Part shown: one piece after another, positions 11,672 to 24,200 of the stretch
Position numbering within the stretch: the first letter of the stretch is position 1
How the letters are laid out: each line of letters begins with the position of its first letter
NCBI GenBank assembly: GCA_965637545.1
Contig: OZ281501.1
Coordinates: forward strand, 2,356,001-2,420,000
Length of the DNA: 64,000 bases
Origin: Phallusia mammillata
Taxonomy: Eukaryota
Direction: 5' to 3'
Position numbers and translations under genes: made by a program
The notes under the pieces: generated by a model
The model's input: the letters and a program-made list of their open reading frames with translations, nothing else
What the model was told of the DNA's origin: nothing
Database searches by the model: none

Positions 11672-12597
11672 CAGGGGTGGGCAAACTACGGCCCGCGGGC
11701 CGCATGCGGCCCGGCAAAGGAGTTCATGCGGCCCGCCAAATGTTTCCGAGTAACGCTGAATACTACTATGAGCACAGGCGCAGAGTATTAAAAATACCGG
11801 GGGTTCGACTTGCCTATACCAATACCATGTGCAGTATCTGTACCCGTACGATACTTTGGAACTAAACACAGATACTTTTCACGTGCTTTAGCCTGCCACG
11901 TTATTATGCAAATCGTCACTTGACACAATTTCTTCGTTCGATAAAAGTAAAAGCGATTCACGTTTTCAAATACAGCCCACTTTGCACTGTTGACGCACAA
12001 ACTTTGGCACAAGGACTTTATTAACAAAAAACGTGGTTTCGCCTTTGTTGCAACAAACGCTTGTTTTTTTGAAACAATTGCAATTGTAGCGTTTCAACCA
12101 ATGTTTGTACAATCATGAACAAACGTATTTCCATAAAGCTGAAAATATACTATGTAATAATTTTGCGCAGGGGTGCACAACCTGCGGCCGCTATCTATTT
12201 TGCAAAATATTTTGATTTTCAAACTGCTAAAACAGATTTCGTGGGACTGGAAAAAAGATTACCAGTCTAGTAACCATATGCGCCAGGCTTTTTATCCGCT
12301 TATTATGTGCAAACAATGCGTAAAACGGGCACTGCAATCGTCACAATACAGTTTATGACGTCATAAACAGTTAGCTCCGTTCAGCTAAACTTATGCACAA
12401 GTTAGAAATTGTTAATCAGAGCATTTTAGGCGACTTTAAATGGTATATATATGATACAAACCTTATTCTTTACATCAGTTATTTTAAAACAAAACAACAA
12501 GCAAGCAATTGGCAGCCGTTGGTGAAATACCATGCGGCCCGATAAGATTATAAACTTTTGAATGCGGCCCTTGCACTGAAAAGTTTGCCCACCCCTG
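11672..12597. mobile_element. hAT-type non-autonomous element
   Basis: TIRs CAGGGGTGGGCAAACT / AGTTTGCCCACCCCTG; perfect TSD GTATACAC; GCGGCCCG subterminal repeats; a second CAGGGGTG end inside at about 12168. Confidence 0.9.
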
Positions 12598-13322
12598 GTA
12601 TACACAATCGTATTTAAACAACATTAGGCATAATTAATTCATTACTAGCGGCTTTGTATCCACTGCACTGCAACAATTAAAGTGCGTAAAAGTGGAAAAA
12701 AATATGTGGCGAGAGAAAAAAAGGTTTGAAAAGGCCAATGCAGTTTTCTACTGAGCGTTAAACTAATTACTACGGCATTAGGGCAATGTAAAGCAAAGCA
12801 CATTTCGTAATCATGCGATAATTATTTCAAACAAACAGTTTAAAAACAATATTCATGTATTTCTTCATTTCTATGTAAGGGCGGTTGATTTTTGTACAAA
12901 CACGAAACAGAAATCAAAAACACCACTTTTTAAATAACTTGTGTATGTTATCTATGCATGGAACTTAATAGAACGAATTTCTGGCAAGCTAACATTGTTT
13001 TTTATGATTATAACACTTTATTATAAGGACTGATTAATTGTGTCTTTTAAACTCATTACCAAACGTTGATTAATTAAACGCAAAGACTTTCATGTACAGT
13101 ACATTATTTGTACAAGAAAACAGGATTTCTAAATACAATTGTACCGCGAAAAATTGCGACTCCATTTTTAAGGACAAACACAGAACACAACACTGACAAG
13201 TAAGACTTAAAACAGGGTTAAGCGCAGAAAATATTGACGCAATGAAGTCATTCAGGTACTACAGGAACTTGGCGCTTAGGTGGAACTTTTTTGTCATCTC
13301 AAAACACGAAGAAATACATTTT

Positions 13323-16322
13323 TTACATCACTTTGCATTGACTGTTGTTGCTGACAGACGGTTTGCGGTTCTTGCCGGTGATCCAGAAAATATGCTTAGA
13401 ATCGTAGAAAGTGACTTTGTAAATTTCAAACAAGTTGACGCTGTGAGTCTGAAATGAAAACAAGATTTGGTAAAAGCTGTGTTCCAAAATTAAGATAGCT
13501 GGTAGACTGGTCGTTAGTAAAGGTTCAACTGCAATAATCAGTTTTACTGCGTAAAATTATTGACATGACTGGAAAAAGACGTTAGCCCAAGTTTTAGGCG
13601 ACATGGACGTAGCAAAAAAAAATCGCATCTGTTTATATTTTGACCCAGTATAGATTGATTTTCAGGGTGATCTCATTTGGTTTGGCTTTGAAAAAAATCT
13701 TCTAATTAATAGCTAAGGCCGTCAAAAAGTTGGGAAACAGTGCATTAGTACTAACCTGGTGTCTGATTTTGCCGGTTGATTTTTTGGCTTGGTACTGCAG
13801 GTACGCTGATGATGCGTTGACCATTTCTTCTTGGCAGCAATCTTTGAATTGGATTGGTCGTAATGACTTGCCTTTGTCGTGGAAAATGATTTTAGCCTCG
13901 CTTTTCTGTAGCTTTTTTTCGTCAAGGCCTGGGACCTCTGTGTAGTACTCATTCACCATTTCATACCTGAAACAGTTTGGAAGTGATTAGGTTGAAACAG
14001 AAAGCATTTTGTGACTGATTTGGTGCGCCAATTTCCAGTTCGATTTTTACATAACAGTTTCAGAAAACAGGTACATTAACTTTCAATTGCAAAAAATGGC
14101 GTTTAAGCTTTGTACTGCTTTGATTTCCAGTTTGCAATTGTGTATTTCTTTTTAGTGTGTTACTGTGTCTTATGCGTTCATTTGAAGTAGCCTATATTTC
14201 AACTTTAATAGGACAGTGAAAAACCTTTAAATGTTGTCTGGTTTATACGTGATTAAATCACTTAAATTTACCTCTTGATAATCATTTCATCGTAGTTGAC
14301 AACATATCCCGAACCTTTGCAGGTACGACAGGTGCAACGGCCTGTTCCAAAACACCCAGCACACCTTAAAAAGAAACAAACACTTATAACCTCCACGAAA
14401 TGTATGAAATTTTCAAACTTGTAATTTTCTGTTTAAATTTATATTGTGATTGGCGCCTAAATGATATCACATTGTAATGGGGACCAAATTAATTTTGATT
14501 GTAACTGCAGCCAAGTTGTCTTTTTTTTCGTAGTCGTAAATCCAAGGCGTATTGTTACATACATTTCCATTGCTTGTCCGTGACAATGGTGGCAGGCATA
14601 ACTGTGATGTACGGTGTGAGGTGTTGAATCTCCGTCATGCGAGGTCTGCAATAAACGACTATATATTTCAACCTGTTTTTATAACTGCCTAATAATAGGA
14701 AAAACTATGCAAGTACTTAAAAGCAGTTGCCTAAAAGTAAAGTCTTTATTCAAAAAGGTGTTTCCCAATGGAGGTTAATTTTTGTCTAGACCCTTGGGGG
14801 TGAATTTAAATAATTTGTACTTTTAACGATGCTGGAGATTTAAAAATTATTTATCTATCTGATTTAGTCCGTGTTATAAAAAAAGTCTCAAACTTACTAT
14901 GCAATGGGTTTCAATTTTGGAAATTCTTCCATCACCATTGCAGAAATAGCAGGGGGTTCTGCCAAAGCCGTGACATTGATTACACGGTTCTGACTTGCTA
15001 CAGCGACACCTGGTAATAAAACATTGTTTTGTAATTTGTGAAGGAATACACAAGCAAATGAATCGTGGTGTAAATAGCACAAAGAACTAAGCAACTAAGT
15101 CTTGGCCAATTATAGATTAACTAATGCCACGAAGCGTCTCGGGTTCAAATCCCGCTAAAAGTAAAAAAATAAAAATAAGTTAAATACAAAAAATCCCACT
15201 GATATTTAAAAAAAACAAATAAATTATTTTTAAAAAATTTCGCTGAAATTTAGAAAATAAATAAAAAAACTTTCAAAAAATCTAAAAAAATTCCCGCTGA
15301 AATTTGACATTAACTTACACTGGACAAATCGCTTTTTCGGATGTGAACGGAATCGTTACTCTTTCTCCGTTCTGTTCATTGCATTCGATCTTCCAAAGTT
15401 TGGGGGCTTTTCCCTTGTCAGGAGTGCTGAGTTTCTCGCCTGAAAATCAATGGCAGAGTCAAGGCACAAAATCCGGGCATGTAAATGTGAAAATTGATGA
15501 TGAAAGGACAGAAAATGTTTCGAGTGACACACATACAAATGACGTATGCAGTGCATTTGGTGGACGGGACTTCAAATTTTCGTAATAATAACTTTTTTTA
15601 ACTTCTTGTCAGTTATGAAAAGAGAGTATTTGATCTTTTTTTGCATCATAATGTAAAATTAGAATTCAAATTCTCATTTTATAATGTTTAGATCAAGCAA
15701 TGGATATCAAAGTTGTAAAATCTGGGTCCTGAGCACCTCGATTTGCAGAATGTAAAGCTTGACTTAGCATATGTTTCTGGTCTTTCAATTAGCGCATTTG
15801 TTTAACTCACCTGGTCTATAAGGTCGTCTTGAAGTTTCCTTGATTCTGTTAACCACAATGGACTTCAGGTGGTACTGAAATATAAAAAGCGACGTTACAT
15901 TGTGAAACTAAACGTGAATTTCAATCAGCAATTGCATTCTTTTTCGATTTTACGATTAAAGCAATTGTTAGCCTAATGATAATGGGTTCGAATCCCACCG
16001 CACATTTTACTGTACCCACGGTTTGCCGTACGTTAATGTTCAGAGGAGTATCTTATATACTGCTTTGTGCATTTATGGTAGCGTTGTATGTCTAGCGGTC
16101 ATAAAATCTTTTCTACATCCAAACACAAACAAAAGTTTTTGATTGAAACCGGTTTGATAAATTTTCAAACTACGGTAAAGTAACATTCGTCTTACGTGAT
16201 ATGCAACGATGGTTTCAACCTTTTTGACTGTCTTCTTCGGCAAGGCGAATTTGTTTTTGATGCTTTTCTTTCTGTAACCGTCGTATTCGCATTGAGCTTC
16301 TGGCTTTGGCATCTTAGGGACT
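13323..16322 (-). CDS. SSUH2: SSUH2 homolog (DnaJ-type CxxCxGxG zinc-finger repeats); 5' exon(s) not resolved
   Basis: Phase-consistent exons 16322-16196, 15874-15811, 15439-15319, 15009-14898, 14645-14563, 14364-14272, 13966-13756 and 13448-13323. They encode PKLWKIEC...VTIPFTSEKAICP, CNQCHGFGRTPCYFCNGDG, CHHCHG, CAGCFGTG and CRTCKGSG, then a C-terminal domain ending in CaaX-like CKVM*. This is the SSUH2 layout. Confidence 0.8.
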
Positions 16323-19300
16323 CTGAAAGGTAGAAAACAAAAGTTTTTATTTTAATGTCATAACTGCATCGCAATTTTAATCCCGCATGACTCTAAGGTT
16401 ACGTATGTGAAGTAATGTTTTCATGATTATGACGTAATGTTTTGTGACATATTGAAGTTGCTTTTGGTGTTGCAATTTTTGCACTTCTCCATATTAGCCT
16501 AGTTGTGTTTTGCCATTACCTCAGATTTGGACAAACACAGGGCTAGCAATGTACATACGTGTTAAGTGACTACCGGAAGCAAGCGACGGGGTTTTCGACC
16601 TTATGTTTGCGTTTCTGTGTTTTATGTTGGCTTGGAATGCAATGAATTCGAAGCAAAGAATATTTCACAGGGTGTCACAATTTAATGTTCATGTGGTGAA
16701 ACTACCTAGGTGAAGTCGACTTGGGGTTTTGTTTGCAGAACTGTAGCAACGAATTGATTTAATGATGTGTTTTTAAATTTCTAAGTCTCTTTTAAAAACA
16801 TTACATGTGGCCTGCCTTGGACGATATGTGTGCTGGCTTTATTGCCGTCACGTGACAATGAACTCAAAAAAGTGCATCCCTATACGTGACGCTGACGCAA
16901 CAAAATCCCACAATTTCCTTAAATCCCGTATATTTGTGTTCTAATTCTAAAAAAGCGTTGGCCCGCGGGCGTCTTCACCTGCTAAAAATTGGCCCCCATC
17001 AAAAAAGTTTGGACACCCCTGCTTTACGTGCAATAAATATGGTCATAAGATACGACAACAAACTGTTATCTTATTGTGTACAAAGTCGAATAATGTAATC
17101 GGACTTGTTGCTGTTTTGAGCTGCATTATAATCTGTGTGGGTCACTGCAGGGAAACACATGCTGTGTTGAGAATCGCCGCGAGACTTTGGACCCAAGGAG
17201 TAAATTGCATTTCCCAATTTGCATTATATCGTGGGAATTTACTGTACTTAGTAGCAGGGAGTTCAAGCTGTGGGTTGTTTATGTCAAACTGACAACTCTG
17301 CGATAAAGGAAGAGAATCGTTCCAATTGATGATGTAATGGGAATGATTTCTCATTTAGTTCCCACGTTCCTGTTAGGTATTTTATTTATTCCCGTTCCTA
17401 GTTCATTGGTTTTATGTTTTCCGCTTTTATTTTCGCTGTCAATTGAAACGTTGGCCACACAAAAAGGCCAAGGCACTTGAAATCGATATAAAATCTCAGA
17501 CGGTCGCGCTTGAGTGAAGCTGAATGTGACACGTAATAATCTCAATTTGTTCCTAGATCGATTTGATATCATTCCACTTTAATTTAATCTGTTAAGCGTC
17601 CTACAAAGCCGTTTTTATTAGTTCCAAATTGGCAATTCATTAGTTGGAACGGTAACCGGATTAATCAATGTTAATAAAACCAGGTATTGTGGTATGTTTT
17701 CTGTTGTATGTTTCATTTTAAACAAACGGATTCATATACCCTATATTGCGAAGGTTGTAGCACCACTATCTAATGAAACAAAGGTTGTTTGGCAAGTCCT
17801 AAACGCGCATTATTAGTTGGTCGTTTTGAAAAGGCACTAAACACTTTAGTAAGAAATAATTTGATCAAGCAAAAAAGTCAAAAAATCAATTAATGTCCGT
17901 AAGAATCAAATGTATTTACGCCAAACAAAGCAGAACCTTTCAATTAAAGCGAATCGGTGCACGTGGCTGGGGTCATATTCAGGTGAACTACGAACTAGCG
18001 GTGACTGTTACGTCATAAAAGCAGATGTTGACGACAGACGAAAATCAATCGACGATCAATAACCTACATCGATTCAATTTGTTCATGTTAACCATCCCCC
18101 TTTAACGTAAGGAAACCATCTGGCGTGTATTTATCCTAGACGACCGCGTGAACGCTGGCTTTAACCTAAAGGTACCGTATTTCCGGGGGATTTACTACCG
18201 TACCGAGGCTACGTACATTTTTTAACAAGATTTCGAAAATTGAATTTACTTGCTCATGTATGTTCAGCGTATTTACCACCTTATATAACAGTGGCTCTTG
18301 ACCGGTGGAACATACGTTTATGATACCAAGATTGTTATTTTTAAGTTTTATTTGAATATTTTAGGCTATAAATCTGATTGTTTAATATCAAAGATAAGTA
18401 TTTTCATTGGAACACAGAATATTATTAATGTACAACACAAAACATCATCATGGAAACAACGGATGGAAAATTCGAACTTGGTGATTGCTTTTAGTGGGAA
18501 ACTACACCAAAAAGGTTAAGGACCATTGACCTATACGTTTTTTCAATGGTACACAGGTCAATTTTATAATATCTCCTATTTGGATCGGCCAAAGTTCTAT
18601 TTTAAAAGGTTACAACGTAAAAAAATTGTAAAACTTCAACTGTGGTTTGATAAAGTAACTTATGTTTTTTGGCGGGCTCGTAAAACTTAAGCAGCGCATC
18701 GGTATTTGCGACACAAACTTATACATCAATTTCTGGCGCGCGGGGTTACGCTGTTTTGAACGTGTAAGAGGCCAAGGGCTATGTGACTTTCCCCATAGTT
18801 TACATTGCAGCGGGACTTCACACAGTTTTCCGACCCAAGTAGACACCCCACTATTCACTGCCATAAGGTAAAGGGCGTGCATGGCGCCTGCCCCCCTAAA
18901 CTTACCCCACCTCTAACTTACACGCACCCTATGACGCATACAAGGTTTATTTTAGCCCGTATTTTTTGACAAAAACACGAAATCGTGTTTGCTTCGACCA
19001 GGAATTGCGTTTAATCGACCTTTACACGTTTATCACCACGTTTTAGTTCCAAAAAGTACGTGTACATACTCTGTAGATTTATTACTTGTTTTCCTGCCTA
19101 TAGTTGGTATTTCGTGTGTCCTGTTTATCGGCGCCAAAGCGTATTTTTGACTTAAAAGCAACACTACTAGCACGAAAAATTTGAGTGTCCAGGTGTGCAT
19201 ACAAAAAGTCGGCGTCCAATATTATTTTGTATGTTTTGTAAAATTTTGAACCGTTACGAATCACATCAACCTTCGAGGAACCCACGGCGATGCGCCTTAC

Positions 19301-20807
19301 TTATGGCATGCAAAAACATCCACCTTATTTAATATTGGATTTAAGTGAGCCTAAAACGTGCACAAACATACAATCCAGGGCAATGTCGAACATTGTCTGG
19401 TCTGATACATGCAAAATGAAAATATGTTTTTCTACATATTGATGTCAGAAAGAAAATAGAAGACAAAACAAAAGCATCACCACAGCCAGAAAGTTGTACG
19501 TTTCTACTGTTACGCACCCTTTTAACCAACAGCATCGCGTTTCTATTGTTGCTTTGTTCCACAATAGCAAATAGCGTCGCACAACCGAATGAATTTACGA
19601 TACGAACCTTGTGTGATTGAAACCATGCTATTCAATTTACCACGCGATAACATATCTTGGTATTTTCACACTGTTTAACGCGTTGTTGTTTGTACTGGTA
19701 CCAATACGTGTGATCGAATGGTCGTAGTATTTGTTTTGATTTGTGAGGAGTAAATTGTTCAGTTATTGTTACCACAGTAGGTGGTCATGTCGCCTAGTTA
19801 CTTGACTTTGAAATTTATTGTTTTGCTAACAGCTTTGCTATTCCAAAATTTTGCTAAAAGTGATTGTTTAGCTTTGAATTAACAGTTTGCTACGCAACAG
19901 CCAAAAGTTAAAAAGCCTTAAGAGCCTCGGGGTTATGACGTCACGCGGTGACGTATCGATCAGTCACGGTTGATTTCACATTCGTATCTGATGTCTGACG
20001 TGTAAACGAGCTTGATAGCGTTTGTTTGATCATAATCACCACTGTTATCTCATAGATAATGCAAAGCAACAACTATAGCGATATGAAAGTTAAGGCTAAA
20101 AGTGAAATAGTCCAAAGCTTGGTAATACCTTCTGATATACTTCAAAAGGGCTTTTTTGTACAAAAGATGTGATAAAACCAAACAAACAGATCAAAAATTG
20201 GATCAATGCCTAAAATTCCAAGCAAAAGCGATGATGAATTTTGTGCATTCTTGTCACTACAATTTTATGCAATGTTGCACACGTTAATGTCAAACTGACC
20301 AAGCATGATGAATTGTGATGCGGCAGTGTTGTGGTTGTAAGCAAATTAGTGAGGCAGTTGGGCCCTTAAACTTTGGTCAAAATTACCCTTAATATTATGG
20401 TCACCTTCACTCGTTGGGATATATTTATTTTTATCTTATCTTTCTTTGTTTTGGATCTTTATAGAAAGTGTTTTCGACACGGGGTAGTTGCATCAACGTA
20501 AAATCTTTTAAAGTTAAGCTCATTTTAAATGTTTCTTTTTTAAATTTTACTGTTGGCGTTATGTTTATTAACCTCACTTTTGCGTTTAGTCTCCATACTG
20601 CTAAATCACTTTGAATTGGATCCTCGTATTTTGTAAGTGGTTTTCAGTGTTTAGTAAGTTTGAATCACTTCCTACCAATCTATCTATTAGTCGACCCAAT
20701 GTTGAAAACAAACCTGGATCGTTTTACACGACAAGCGAGCATGCAAAGCCACAGATGACAACAATCCACGACGGCGTGCATCTACACACTGGCTCGCATT
20801 AACCCAC

Positions 20808-21230
20808 TTACATCAAGTACTCGATGTCCGAAAGCCCTTCGTCAAGTTTTATATACCTTGTGGTATTGTTGTCGGGGTAACGGGTCGTTATACCCGCCAT
20901 AGCCACATCTGGAAACTCAAAAGCTTGCACAGACCGCTGGTTCCCACTTGCCCACCGCTTATCATTCTCTCTCATAATGGATAAGACTTCCTTCTGACTT
21001 CGGTGCCGGTGGTCGGTTGTCGGCCAATAGACCGGCGATTCCCGTTGGCGCGTGGGGAGAAAAACGTCCCCGTCGCTGCCGTAAGAGGAAGAAGACGTTG
21101 CTGGATCATCGACGCTGTACGGAGGAGGGGGGTCCTCCCAAATTCGAGTGTCATCATCACAGATCGAACCTGATAGGCTACGTTGGATCACGTGACGCTC
21201 GGTATTTGCGTAACGCCTTGGGCTCAACAT
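20808..21230 (-). CDS. Orphan ORF or terminal exon with PPxY motif (probable cytoplasmic tail or adaptor)
   Basis: 140-codon ORF with higher GC than its flanks, containing EDPPPPYSV, Ser-rich segments and several Tyr. No family recognised. There is a possible in-frame acceptor about 24 nt upstream of the ATG. Confidence 0.45.
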   Translation of the reverse strand: MLSPRRYANTERHVIQRSLSGSICDDDTRIWEDPPPPYSVDDPATSSSSYGSDGDVFLPTRQRESPVYWPTTDHRHRSQKEVLSIMRENDKRWASGNQRSVQAFEFPDVAMAGITTRYPDNNTTRYIKLDEGLSDIEYLM

Positions 21231-24200
21231 GATTTGTTTGTTTTTTTGACAAAACTTTTATCGGAAACAGTTGGAAAACTTAAACGCTGCAATAAAGAAA
21301 TAGCAAATTTTTGTTGTGGCTCAAAAAAATTGAAAAACACATTTTATATCTTCTCCTGCCAAATAAATTCTCACTTTTAATCTAATACAAAAACGAACAT
21401 CTGTATCGAAACTAATACTTCAATGGATTTTCATTAGCACTAACAATCCCGACACACCAAATTTCAAGTCGCTGACACTGACATTGACCTAAATACACTT
21501 CCGCAAAATTTCCGTAAATTATGCATTTCAACTTTTACGAAATCTTATTGTTGCCTCCGCTGTACAGCAATGAACGAATGCGCAGCACAGACTGGAAAAG
21601 CCTTAATGCCGGAACACACGCAACCAACACACAGTAACCACTTCACTCTTATTGATTTGTTTCGCAGAGTGCAATTAGCGCAGGACATGCATTAATCGAT
21701 TGAGGCTTACTCTGCATGCCCGTGTATGGTAAAACCTTAACAAGGAAAAAGGCACCTAAACAGGACAGGTGAATTATGCAATGTACAATAGTCATGCCTT
21801 CTTGACTAACATTTTGATTTCCAAAGAATAATGATCTTTAATTTTAAGTTGACCCCACAAACCGACAAAGAACTTGAGTTATTTTGAAAAATGCAAACTA
21901 ATTTCGTGAAAAGGCGTTCACAACGACCACCAAAAAAACGTCCGATCTTTTTCCGAATCGCGCCGGTGTTATTTATTGTGATAAATGACTTCCTGAGGAG
22001 TTCTTGCTGAACATGCGACCGATCATCACATTGCACAGTTCATAAGAGTCCCAGAAACGTACGACCCATAAAACTAACTCATCTTTAAAAATAGTCACAA
22101 CTAAAGCTAATAGACAGGGTGTGGATAACAAACAGGCTACTAAGCCTACTGTGCGGCTGTAGATGTATTGGTTAAGCTTTTCTGATACTCAGTTCATGCC
22201 TTACAACCTAAAATCATCAACCAAGTAAACTGACACATGTAATATCCGACTTGAGGCTGAAGTCGTTAGTACATTTCCTTCGCACAAGTCATGGCCTCGG
22301 CGTTTGAATAAATCATGAGCGAGGCTTGAGAAAGATTAAAGCCGAGCACGAAAGCTACGACCAACCGGGTACCAACATATACAACACGACTATCGGAAGG
22401 TTTTGTTGTGGATTTATCTTTAAGGAGGTTCATTGTCCAAAGCCCATCTCGATGCTGAGGTCTGGCTATGAGTAAATAGGCCGCGTTAAAAGAGCCACGG
22501 ACAATGCTAGCCGCAGAAACAACAGAATGCACACAACAATGGTTTCGAATGGGCAGCGCGATTTCGACAATTCGAGCTTTCAGAATCGCTGTTTTAAGCC
22601 AAACGTTGTTTTCTTTTGTTGGTATGCTTCTTTATCAAAGTCATTGATACCGAAATCCGGTTTTAAACTTAGTTTTGAGAAAAATGCGGCTTTTAAATAA
22701 TTGTATTTTGACGTAACTCTTACTGTTGTTACGTCAGAAACAACATTTTTCTCATTTCCGTTTCCCTGTACGAAATCGGATTAGTGCCAATGGTCTTAAA
22801 TGAGATAAAACAACAACACGACTGTTATAGTAACTTTTATAACAACCACCTACGCATAAAGCATTGCAACCAATACAAACTTGTTGTATTTTGAATTCGC
22901 GCGGGTTTTGCGTTCAAACATATCAACAAAACCAAGCCTCAATGGGTCAAGGTTGTTTTGTTGCTATTGACAAAGCAAGGACGTCCCGGAAAAAGAAAAA
23001 TACTTTCCGGATCAAGACACGAACAAACATACAACACACTTGGGTGCTTTTAAATGGACGGACAAGTTAGGGCACGAACGTGGTATAGAATTAAAAGGCG
23101 AACTACACAATGGGTCATCTTTGTATTGAAAGCATTTTAGAAACGAAACAACAAGGCTTGGGTTTGACGAATAGTTTTATTCATTTGCGGCCGTTCTGTT
23201 GCAACCAATTAGATGCATAAGTTGATATTTATTTTACTTAATTCAACTTTCAGTAGTATTAAGTGTCAAATCTGAAACCGTGCTCAACAGGATGTAATAT
23301 ATCAGGCATTTTGGGCATAAAACGGCTAAAGCATTTATTACTCATGCAAACTTACAGTACATTCCAATAGCACTTGAAAAGCGTATGCTGGACATATAAA
23401 CCACTATGCTTTCTTTACTGTAATTCCTAAGCGTTCACGACTTAAATATAATAAGCCTGCAATGCTTAACTATACCTGCAAAGCTATCATTAACTATTCT
23501 AAATAGCCGCACTGTCAACACATTGCACTAACTTGGCTTAAGCCTAAACCACCACCTGTTGACAAACACATGCGACTTCAAGGGCAAGATACAACAGCTG
23601 CTTCTGACACGAGTAATTGAGATTTCAGCCTAGCCGCCTGTCTCGTTCAACCTGCTATATACGAAAGCTAAGTCATGCATAATTTAGTGCAGTAGTTTCT
23701 CCTTGTCTGAAAGGGGAAAAGGCGCGCACAGGTTAATTAAATTCGAGCCTCCGTTACTCTATCTCTCTTCAGCAGCATCGTAATGCAAGGGCTGTTTTCT
23801 TTTGCGTGAGCTGTCCTTCGGGATTTCCTTCCGCTCCCGCTCTTCGTTTTTCCCACTCTTTCTCGCTTTGTTTCTTTTTTATCTTGTGTCGTTTGGAAAC
23901 TGTGCAAATGGTCAATTTTATATTCGTTTTTTTAGCGCTTGTCTGATTGCAACTAGGCGTTTTCTTTGAAAACCTCTAATCTTTGTCATTGTGCAACTTG
24001 GGGCAACTGTATCATTGTGTAAAAGCAAAACATCTGTTTGCAGATAAATTCGTTTTTTTATTAATAGTACTCGGATTCAAAATGTTTTCAACAAATTTGT
24101 GGCCTTTGTAAAAGAAACTACAAAACATTTGCCCGAAATTATGTTTAGCATTTACACCACATATATTAGCAATTATAAATACGGACCATTCTACGCACAT

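Noticed and set aside
15130-16005. Isolated GGTTC(A/G)AATCC B-box motifs at about 15146 and 15984 (also about 42190)
   Set aside because: No cloverleaf; these are decayed tRNA-SINE remnants.
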